A stretch of 64,000 nt of DNA from the NCBI GenBank assembly GCA_919902735.1, contig CAKKRM010000001.1, positions 32,100 to 96,099 on the forward strand, in the 5' to 3' direction. The notes under the pieces were generated by a model. It saw only the letters and a program-made list of their open reading frames with translations. It was not told where the DNA came from and searched no databases. Origin of the DNA: Anaerolineales bacterium. Its GTDB lineage: Bacteria; Chloroflexota; Anaerolineae; Anaerolineales; Villigracilaceae. Position 1 is the first letter of the stretch. The number at the start of each line of letters is the position of its first letter. Positions 10,901 through 18,042 of the stretch are shown in pieces. The translations under genes and the position numbers were made by a program.

Positions 10901-11098
10901 CCCTTTCTCATCAACCTTCAATTTCTTCAACACATCATCCAGCAGGCGAGTCTTTCCCCAGCCACCAGGAGCAGTGATATAGAACACATGCGGTTTATCC
11001 GATTTACTATTTATGGCGTCATGGATATCTTTGAGTATATCCTCACGCCCAATCAATTCAGGAGTGGCACGAACACTGGTGTATTGTTCTATTATCAT
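7970..11098 (-). CDS. STAND-type P-loop NTPase with C-terminal TPR-like repeat array, copy 2 (1042 aa)
   Basis: Identical to the 333..3458 product except for the last ~30-35 residues (…GWVLDGVYSAYNSYYNEVALKTFETSVNEHFGLF versus …GWVLDGTHEVHNNYFDAAGLRSFEKLIAENFLW). Confidence 0.85.
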   Translation of the reverse strand: MIIEQYTSVRATPELIGREDILKDIHDAINSKSDKPHVFYITAPGGWGKTRLLDDVLKKLKVDEKGAWSSSKILSASRLVDLYHTYTHNEEGVIADIVEVLDHHDDNFSNYVRQYTELDHVKYDLSQILRAVTQQRARMIEAFISDFNDIGKSYDKIVLAFDTVENLVYEIDRVQDALGLADEPIGVAGWMVKSFLPKISNAVVLIAGRPESPQLEDELRKLEEAKEIKFTLIKLPTFSEPETLDYFNAVVEISQTENPQVAERLEKIPRAIRQVVYYLSEGQPFLLSLFVDYLAVTEELLPIIRTPLDTIKQQADSEIGLRREQTQFKEAIIHGFQGIRRPLDDVIQALAWTPKGMGADLLAWILKRDRPTEDEIEQARGYINTLRDLEFRLSFVKIRDIDHLVFLQDEMYSLMQTLHRSGRQRHNVKQTYELIVRFYEEKIKEQIRIVGDLQKATNRLVSSGSLKEIAEAQKAQLVTEQQKLRVARARLQSYQVEYVYYCLQVNYIKGIQEYSRAAEEAFQSNDINLWLLLRDELLKFAKPRRKDVNELGALKYIDGDIGVRWIKNSIANGQYERALLQIGQFRNLCSDLLEEGSFAALSLKVWESWSLIYSGMEFERAESILQDVLSSLDHLSDQFEPEFDKWRLKLLMAYAQDITGYLYRSRGDFAKAVEYYRKNIRLWRELRVESEHANTLNNLSWSLAEIGDFQAAMSHCDDGLDLRRKLGHRYAIALSLTTFGLIETRNGQPERARFRCEQALGIFRDLEQPRGIGLACNALAEALRRMTNVADLLTDEQSLKNLELAEQYAKEAVGIFTDRVKEPMRLAEAYIELGCVYRETARRMKSDKARMADLVTKGRDAFESAVTSAGVEFAYRGVDALVNLAWMYYYINDFDEAQKVVDTVFDMIDDRYLYTKERPPLGTEGLIPWFWVQLGKTYLLLGKMAFSKYEQANQQDNVDEVRKQLNVVGYNWTLSVAYNEKYGKDFRDILGGRKMIYKYLGPLNPDEMGWVLDGVYSAYNSYYNEVALKTFETSVNEHFGLF

Positions 11099-11673
11099 AT
11101 TTCAGTCCTTCGCTTCACAGTCCGCAGGGTCAAATCCGGCCTGTTCCAATTTGGCTCTGTGATACGCTGCTTTATTCCGAAAGATATCCGAGTCGTATTC
11201 ATCTGCCCAGCCTGTATACATTTTCATTGCAGTGCAGTGCAAGGTATGCCGCAATTCATTATCTCGAATCTGTATTTCTTGTTCAAGGGTAGTTCTGGTT
11301 TGTTCTTCAATTGCATAAGCATTCTTGCTCATGTCCCAAGCTATCAATTTTCCCGGACCGATTTGGATGTTGGTCAAAATCGAAAAGAGGGAAATACTTC
11401 GCTTCACATCCCAATTTCCACTTAAATTCTTGTGAGCTGCAAGTAAAAAAGGTACTTCATATTCCTTATCAAAATCCGGCAAGACACAAAGTGCTTCCAA
11501 AGCAGGCAACAACTCGGCAGCGAGGTTTGCTGGCAAGCCTGTGCCTGCCTTACCTATAGCTTCATAAAATTCACGGTTACAGGCCCGGATCGCATCAAGT
11601 TCAACAATTTCAGGCGGATTACCTCTGGCTTGATCTAGGATATTCTTATTTATCCCTGGTGAGCCACCACTTA
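8058..11673. repeat. 3,616-bp perfect direct repeat, copy 2
   Basis: See 418..4033. Confidence 0.9.
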
Positions 11674-12349
11674 ATTCAAAAATCTGATCTGTAAGATGTT
11701 TAGCATTAGGTTTTTCTCTTACTACTTGAAGTTCTGTATTCTCATAATTAAATTTACTGAGATTCCTGATATTAATACCCGCCATAGGTCGCAAATCAAA
11801 GCTTCTCCAACCCGTAACAACAGAACGCCCCGTTAGTACTAAAACAATATTTGGCTGATTTATTATCGCTTCTAACAAATTGTTTTCAAGCGCATTTATC
11901 TGATCGCTTGAAAGCATATTAACTTCATCCAACAACAAAACAAGGGTTTTTTCTCTTTGAATTTGCTCAAGACCTCTCAAAACCCAACTTGAATAAATAA
12001 ATAGAGTTTGAGGTGCATTTAGGAACGGCGAACTTACAATTAACTCATTTGAAATTTTCTCGTCAATAAACCTCAGCAGTTCGGACAAAAACTTATCAAC
12101 CTCCAAATCTGCATAGCTGCTAAGGTCAATATAAACTGGGAAAAATGATTTTGATTCATCATGCGAGAGCCTATCACAGTACTTTTGCAAGAACCAACTC
12201 TTTCCAATCTGCGATCGTCCAACCATATGTATAATTCTTTGACCGCTACTTAATGCTACGCCTTTAGACACAGCGGATGCAATGCTATGTAAGGACTCAA
12301 TCTCTTCTTCGCGATCAATAAATTCTCCAGGGTTATATAACAGTCTCAT
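11102..12349 (-). CDS. P-loop ATPase, 415 aa, copy 2 (mosaic paralog of 3462..4709)
   Basis: Walker A MVGRSQIGKSWFL, Walker B LVLLLDEVN, LVLTGRS. The N-terminal ~190 aa are only about 40% identical by eye to copy 1, and the C-terminal ~225 aa are identical. ATGA start/stop overlap with 12346..14841. Confidence 0.8.
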   Translation of the reverse strand: MRLLYNPGEFIDREEEIESLHSIASAVSKGVALSSGQRIIHMVGRSQIGKSWFLQKYCDRLSHDESKSFFPVYIDLSSYADLEVDKFLSELLRFIDEKISNELIVSSPFLNAPQTLFIYSSWVLRGLEQIQREKTLVLLLDEVNMLSSDQINALENNLLEAIINQPNIVLVLTGRSVVTGWRSFDLRPMAGINIRNLSKFNYENTELQVVREKPNAKHLTDQIFELSGGSPGINKNILDQARGNPPEIVELDAIRACNREFYEAIGKAGTGLPANLAAELLPALEALCVLPDFDKEYEVPFLLAAHKNLSGNWDVKRSISLFSILTNIQIGPGKLIAWDMSKNAYAIEEQTRTTLEQEIQIRDNELRHTLHCTAMKMYTGWADEYDSDIFRNKAAYHRAKLEQAGFDPADCEAKD

Positions 12350-14841
12350 GATTTTGCTCCTGAAGTTGAAAGGGCACCCCTGGCAATTAAAGCAGCGCGG
12401 ACAATAGAAAATGCTTTCGCATCTAATTTATCAGATTCCTTCAAGCGCTCTTCTGCATAACGAATCAATGCATTTCCATATCGTATTACCTCACGTGGGG
12501 ATCCATTTGTAGCCTCTATTATTAATCCAAATGGATCATTCACTGTTCGCTTATCACACACTGCCGCAAGTTTTTCAAATCTGATTTTAATTACATCGCA
12601 AAGGCGAATATCATTCCATTCAATTTCTTCATAGTTATCTACAAGAACACTGTTTAACTCAAGCTTAAGTCCATCTGGGAGAAACACCTTTAGAAAAAAA
12701 TCAACCCTTGTTAAAGAAAAGGCAAGCTCCACTAATTCTTTTATTGCTTCAACATTATCGGGCAATAGGTATTTACTCCCTATGTCCAGGATACAATATG
12801 TACGATCAAACCCATCTGGTCTGGCCATATAAAGAAGATCCATGATTTCAGCATTATTCAAATTCCTGCTAAATGAATTAATAATTAACCCATTTAACTG
12901 GGCAAGAATTTGTTCCCAATCATCATTGGAAACATGGCCGGATCTCTTAAACGTAACGTTCAAATTCTCCACTGTCCGCGCCTGCTTTATCATAAGCCTA
13001 CCCATAGCTATTTTTTGACTGGTGTCAGCATCTAAAAATCGGCGCGGATTATCCGATACAAAATCAATCAATGAACGCGAAACCGCATCTATGATGCCAT
13101 CCCTAACATTTGGTATATGCTGGAAATTGGAATAAATCGGAAAAGCTCCATTTTCATCAAGACTGGTATTCAGGTAAGCATCCCGGCATTTTTTCACAAG
13201 ATGGTAGGCAGCAGCAGTTTTGCCCATCCCACCCTTACCAAAAACAAACACAGGTCTTGCAAACCCTATACGATTTAGAATGGGGTGATCTACAGTAACA
13301 TTTTCAAATTTCACATCCACCTCTGCAGATTCAGAACCAAATGAAGCACGCTGTGGATCACAGTTGTGAGATTTAAGCCAACTGTAAGCCTGGCGAGAGG
13401 CTTGGTTGTCTTTGCTTTGCCACAAAGATCGCCAAATTATAGGTATTGAACTTATGCGGTTCAGCCCCCTCGCGGCAGTTAGTTCATCATCTTTTATAAT
13501 GCCCCGATATTCCCAATACCTATTAATCATAACTTGTATCTTTAGTAATTTTGCATCTTTCAATAATAAATGACCATGCACACTATCATCACCCAAAACT
13601 TCCAAAATTATCGGAAAGTTTCGGGGAAGAGCAATGTATCTCTGTATGATAGGTAGCAACAGCGGTTTTACCGTTTCTCTCCAACGCACATAAGACTTTA
13701 GAACACAAGCTACTTCTTGAATGGTTATTTCCAAATTTTTTTGAGGGGGGACCATTTTTTGTAACTGGTCTAATAATTGGACATCCTCAGAAAATGAATT
13801 GCTATGGAATTTCCCGGTCAGAAAAAAAATATCTTCAATGATTAGCTTTGCTTCGACGAAGTTTTTATTCTGCCAAAGTTCAAAGATTTCTTTTGTAAGT
13901 AGCCTATGGCAACCCGCAATCTCTAACTGGGAATAAATATCAGAAAAATCGGCAAAACTTTCTTTTTGGCACCGCCCCACAAAATTACGTACAACGAGAA
14001 CCGGGTTATCTGGAAATCCTTTTAATAATTCTTCTTTATATTTCTCCCTGGCTTCATTTCTTTTTTGCTCGATATCTTTTTGTCGCTGCGATAAATAGGT
14101 CACTACACCAGAAATAACACCGGAAACCAATAAAATCATTGAGCTTTTCTGCTCTACGGCGTTATTCATGAAATCTCTTAAAGTCGCCCATAATACAGTT
14201 TCAACATTTACAATGATAATTACTGGCTTTAAAAAAAGCTCTTGAGATTTAAGTGTTATCTCTTTTTCTTCATAATAACCCAACCCTTTAATAATTCTTG
14301 AATTTACAACAATCAATTTAATAGTTTGTGGTGAGTTTGGGCTTTTTACATAAACCTTTAAAGGAATTATTCTTTGAGATGCAATTTCTGGTTCGTCATA
14401 AACTCTTAATTCATTAGGCAAAGTCAATTTTATTGATTCGGGTGGACTCACTTTACATCTAGTGGTAAACGTTATTTCCGCAGGTTTATCGTTTGCCAAA
14501 ATCAATCGAGGATATTCGATTCGCAAACATCGGCCATCCTTGGTTTCTACAACACGAGAATAATTATAATTTTCATAAGGGCTATAAAAAAAAACAATAA
14601 GCCAAATAACAGCCAATACAAACGCCGCTGCAGCAGTAGCAACCGCAATAAATCTAAAAAACCTCTCAACTCCACCAAGCCATAAATCCCCAACTGCGAC
14701 AAAAAATCTAAACGATTTCACAATAGCATTAAGCAATAACTTCCAAACATCTTTAAACCAGAAAAACCAATTAAATTTAAGTCTTCTTGGCGGCATATAA
14801 AAATGTATTTGTTTTCGTAAGCGGCTTAACATAGGAATCAA
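12346..14841 (-). CDS. Membrane-anchored P-loop NTPase, 831 aa
   Basis: Hydrophobic helices FIAVATAAAAFVLAVIWLIVFFY and SSMILLVSGVISGVVTYL bracket a ~140-aa beta-rich segment. A helical region follows, then an ASF..SAE segment, Walker A VFVFGKGGMGKTAAA and a Walker B-like TYCILDIGS. The first in-frame ATG was used as the start, so the start is uncertain. Confidence 0.75.
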   Translation of the reverse strand: MIPMLSRLRKQIHFYMPPRRLKFNWFFWFKDVWKLLLNAIVKSFRFFVAVGDLWLGGVERFFRFIAVATAAAAFVLAVIWLIVFFYSPYENYNYSRVVETKDGRCLRIEYPRLILANDKPAEITFTTRCKVSPPESIKLTLPNELRVYDEPEIASQRIIPLKVYVKSPNSPQTIKLIVVNSRIIKGLGYYEEKEITLKSQELFLKPVIIIVNVETVLWATLRDFMNNAVEQKSSMILLVSGVISGVVTYLSQRQKDIEQKRNEAREKYKEELLKGFPDNPVLVVRNFVGRCQKESFADFSDIYSQLEIAGCHRLLTKEIFELWQNKNFVEAKLIIEDIFFLTGKFHSNSFSEDVQLLDQLQKMVPPQKNLEITIQEVACVLKSYVRWRETVKPLLLPIIQRYIALPRNFPIILEVLGDDSVHGHLLLKDAKLLKIQVMINRYWEYRGIIKDDELTAARGLNRISSIPIIWRSLWQSKDNQASRQAYSWLKSHNCDPQRASFGSESAEVDVKFENVTVDHPILNRIGFARPVFVFGKGGMGKTAAAYHLVKKCRDAYLNTSLDENGAFPIYSNFQHIPNVRDGIIDAVSRSLIDFVSDNPRRFLDADTSQKIAMGRLMIKQARTVENLNVTFKRSGHVSNDDWEQILAQLNGLIINSFSRNLNNAEIMDLLYMARPDGFDRTYCILDIGSKYLLPDNVEAIKELVELAFSLTRVDFFLKVFLPDGLKLELNSVLVDNYEEIEWNDIRLCDVIKIRFEKLAAVCDKRTVNDPFGLIIEATNGSPREVIRYGNALIRYAEERLKESDKLDAKAFSIVRAALIARGALSTSGAKS

Positions 14842-15094
14842 AGCCCTCCAAAAGTAACCATGAAGTTTAATGACGGCCCAAGCTATATTCTTCCAATTAT
14901 ACCGCTCGTCTGGACTTTCATACGGTGAGGTAGCAGTACATCAGCAAACCAGCCAACTTATACTAAAGCAATTTTAGGTTTAATTTTGGTGTCAGATTCG
15001 GGACAGATTCGTTATAGTCAACAGCAAGCAAGGTGTAGGATAGCTCGCCCAGGAAACAAGTATAGTTGGGGCAGATCAAAATCACACACTACAG

Positions 15095-15480
15095 AAAAGA
15101 AAGGATATGTTGCTTATAAACAATTATAACCAAGAATAGTATCAACATCCACTCTCCCACAAAATTCGACCTAAAAGGAGCATAAGGATTGACATCAACT
15201 ACGTGTTTCTGAAAATTTGATGAGCAAGCCACCAAAAAAATCGAACAACCCATCTTCAACTTCCGTAAGGAACAAGCGTAATCGAAGCAAATCAAATTTA
15301 CGTATCAAAGAAAGGAGGTGCTGTTTATAGAATAATCAAAACCAAGAATAGTATCTGCATCCACCATTTTTAAAAATCAAATTTGGAAAGGAGAACAGGA
15401 TTGACGTCAGTTTTAGCCAACAGAATTCGATGAGCAATCCAACAATACTAAAAAATCTATTCTCAACTTTTGTGCGGACA
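15095..15480. repeat. Two imperfect tandem units of ~212 bp in the divergent intergenic region
   Basis: ACCAAGAATAGTATC at 15129 and 15341. Conserved blocks recur in the same order: CATCCAC, AAAGGAG..A..AGGATTGAC(A/G)TCA, GATGAGCAA(G/T)CCA, AAAAAATC, TCTCAACTT. Roughly 65-70% identity by eye, with small indels. Confidence 0.7.
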
Positions 15481-15499
15481 GTCATCACCTGTCCGCACA
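15471..15499. other. Perfect 11-bp-stem hairpin closing the second tandem unit
   Basis: tgtgcggacag / tcatcac / ctgtccgcaca. No clear U-run on either strand, so terminator function is not established. Confidence 0.5.
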
Positions 15500-15726
15500 A
15501 CGTTTAAATTAGAAAAGATATGATTAAAAGTCGACCAGGAAATTGCCGATCAGGAATAAAAGATTGCTGTTAGATTTTGTCAATTTACTTTTTATTATCA
15601 AGTTATGCTTACATCATATATCAACAAGACTTTTGCGGACTAAATAACAGTTTTATTAGGTTGGATTGATGCAAAATATAGATAGAAAGAAATAAATCAA
15701 ATCCAATCAAACAAAAGGAGATAAAC

Positions 15727-16386
15727 ATGTCCGTATTCAACTCAGTAGGTTCCCCCCTCGTCGTGCTAATGGTTATTCTGCTTGTTGCAGGATCAATTTT
15801 CGGCATAGCGGTCAGCGGAGCAGATTTTTTCAACCCCGCTACCAGCAATGCAGAAGCAGATCGAATAGCTGCTGAGACCAGTCATCAGCAAGCTATTTTC
15901 GAACAAACCGAGCGACTCACAAATGTACAAACAGATGCTCAAATTGAGGCGCTTCAACGCGAACAAGAAATTGCCAAACAAGAAGCACAGCTGTCTCTGA
16001 GTTATGAGCAGCAACTTAACGAAAAGAAGCTGACCGCTTACGAGAGCTTCATGCAGATTCTTAATACCCTTTTATGGGGGTTGGGAATTGCCATCAGTAC
16101 TGCAATCGTTCTTGCAACGGGGCTTATCTTAGGCCCGAAGGCACTCGTTGCGTTGCGGGTAAATAACACCCATCCACAAGCACCAGCAAAAACAAATATT
16201 CAGACTTCTCCTTTCCCAGTAGATCTTTGGAAATCTGAAGAGTTTCGAAAACGGATGGTTAAGAATGCGCGCGAGAATGAGTCTGTCATGCGCCAAGCAA
16301 TGTTCAAAAACCAAAATATACAGCCATTTTACAACCCTGCAAATATCAGTCGAGACCAGTTGAACAAGTTACCTTGGGCAGAATAA
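15727..16386 (+). CDS. Membrane protein with two TM helices flanking a Q/E-rich coiled coil, 219 aa
   Basis: AAGGAGATAAAC SD immediately before the ATG. Hydrophobic LVVLMVILLVAGSIFGIAV and LLWGLGIAISTAIVLATGLILG. Coiled-coil-like EALQREQEIAKQEAQLSLSYEQQLNEKKL. Confidence 0.7.
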   Translation: MSVFNSVGSPLVVLMVILLVAGSIFGIAVSGADFFNPATSNAEADRIAAETSHQQAIFEQTERLTNVQTDAQIEALQREQEIAKQEAQLSLSYEQQLNEKKLTAYESFMQILNTLLWGLGIAISTAIVLATGLILGPKALVALRVNNTHPQAPAKTNIQTSPFPVDLWKSEEFRKRMVKNARENESVMRQAMFKNQNIQPFYNPANISRDQLNKLPWAE

Positions 16387-16618
16387 TATGAAATTGAATT
16401 ACTTTGGTGGAGGATAGCCTGTAAAATCAGGCTATCCTCCACCAAATTTCAATTTTGGACATTGCTTTTGGTCATTCTTCGGAAAATGGTATATAATTTT
16501 CTTCGCTAAGAAATTATGATAATTTAAGGCGGATTTTCCACCTAACGCAATCAATATTTCATCTTCTGACATTATTAAAATATAAAATCTTGACTCCAGA
16601 TTTTCAAGGAGACTTAAA

Positions 16619-16846
16619 ATGTACGAGCAAATGACCACCTGTAAAAAATGTCAAAGCGCAAGGTCAACTGATCTCAAATCTCCTTGCAAGACGTGCGGCG
16701 CACACGCCACATTATTTGGTTATCTTTTTGATGATGAATTCAAAACAGCTATGTGGGCAACAATAATTGTGTCTGGTTTCATTATTTTTGCTTGCCTATC
16801 AGGTATGATTTTTCTTGCAGCACAAAGTTTTCTACTAACAAAATAA
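16619..16846 (+). CDS. Zinc-ribbon membrane protein, 75 aa
   Basis: CKKC...x12...CKTC (CxxC-CxxC) followed by the TM segment WATIIVSGFIIFACLSGMIFLAA. AAGGAGA SD. Confidence 0.6.
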   Translation: MYEQMTTCKKCQSARSTDLKSPCKTCGAHATLFGYLFDDEFKTAMWATIIVSGFIIFACLSGMIFLAAQSFLLTK

Positions 16847-16896
16847 GCCATAAAACCACAAACAGATTCCTTCACGCTAGTAATTGGAGATGAAAT

Positions 16897-17982
16897 ATGA
16901 ACAGACGTGTCCTCATATTAACGATTCTGATTTGCCTAGGAATTATTATTGCATGTGTAATTGCTGGATCAACATATTATACGCGTATAACAGTACCTAT
17001 AGGATTAACTCAAGACCTTATTCAAACTCAAGGCGCTGCCACTACTTCATCGTTTAGTCTTTTGGCCACAGATTCAGCAATTAAAACTCAAGCAGCAATG
17101 CCAACCCCAACCCCATTGCCGACTTTGACCCTTATACCAACATCAACTTTAGTACCTACAATACCTCCTCAACAAGAAATTTGTGATGCGGTAGTACAAG
17201 GTACATCCCGAGCTGTATATCCGTTCCCTGGACTAGGGCATTCATTGTTTATTAAGCTTTTAGAAGTTGGAACTAAGTTAAAGATTTTAGGGAGGATAGG
17301 GGATAATGATTGGTATAAAGTGGAAATTAATGGCGAACAAGGGTGGATGAAAAGCGATTCTTTGCGAGTGTTAAATTCCTGCAAGCCGACATTATTTGAT
17401 TTGCATTATTTGGCTAATTGGCTAAATCAAGATGAAAACCTAATATTAGAAGATACTTTTTCTGCAAATGCGAATATATGGATTGACACAGAATCGCAAG
17501 AAAGTATATTGGTGAATACTACGCCGGGGGGTGAATCTGCATTATCTATCCAAGCCGAAAATGAGAGAGTTATTACAACAACAAACCCTCGCGTTTCTGA
17601 TGTTCCCGAATTCAAACTCTATACATCCTTTACAGTTGAAAAGGCAAGCGACCAAAGTTCTTTCGGTATTCGATTTAGGGACTCAGGCTCGGAGTACTAC
17701 CAAATTTCCTTATCACCAGCAAGTTGCAAAATTGATGTATATGCTACAGGTAAATTGGTGTACTCAAACAATATGAATCTTAAGACATGTATTGATCGCT
17801 ATTACGATATATATATGGTTATGTCGTCAGACTATAAATTATCGATGCAGATTAATGGATTTGATCCCATTTCAATAAACCTACAGGATTCTGATGGGCG
17901 ATATGGCCATGGAAAAATTGATCTGGTTGCCGATAAAATTGATGTAAAGATGGATTACATTGTTGTTACTGCCCCGAAGTAG
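16897..17982 (+). CDS. Membrane-anchored SH3b plus ConA/LamG-like jelly-roll protein, 361 aa
   Basis: N-terminal TM VLILTILICLGIIIACVIAG, a T/P-rich linker, an SH3b-like KLKILGRIGDNDWYKVEINGEQGWMKSDSL, and a C-terminal FGIRFRDSGSEYYQISLSP-type beta-sandwich pattern. Confidence 0.65.
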   Translation: MNRRVLILTILICLGIIIACVIAGSTYYTRITVPIGLTQDLIQTQGAATTSSFSLLATDSAIKTQAAMPTPTPLPTLTLIPTSTLVPTIPPQQEICDAVVQGTSRAVYPFPGLGHSLFIKLLEVGTKLKILGRIGDNDWYKVEINGEQGWMKSDSLRVLNSCKPTLFDLHYLANWLNQDENLILEDTFSANANIWIDTESQESILVNTTPGGESALSIQAENERVITTTNPRVSDVPEFKLYTSFTVEKASDQSSFGIRFRDSGSEYYQISLSPASCKIDVYATGKLVYSNNMNLKTCIDRYYDIYMVMSSDYKLSMQINGFDPISINLQDSDGRYGHGKIDLVADKIDVKMDYIVVTAPK

Positions 17983-18042
17983 TCAATAACCTTTACTCTC
18001 AATATTTCTCAAAAGATTATTCTTAGGAATGGAGAAAATGAA

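Noticed and set aside
15089-15295. 68-aa minus-strand ORF, and the short MSKP/MSNP peptide ORFs within the tandem units
   Set aside because: None has an SD at a suitable distance and the sequences are not protein-like. They are mentioned only as a possibility under the intergenic-repeat finding, not called as genes.
15095-15500. Whether the intergenic repeats are a CRISPR array or a MITE
   Set aside because: There are only two units, each ~212 bp, imperfect and directly abutting, with no short repeat/spacer periodicity. No terminal inverted repeats or target-site duplication are visible.
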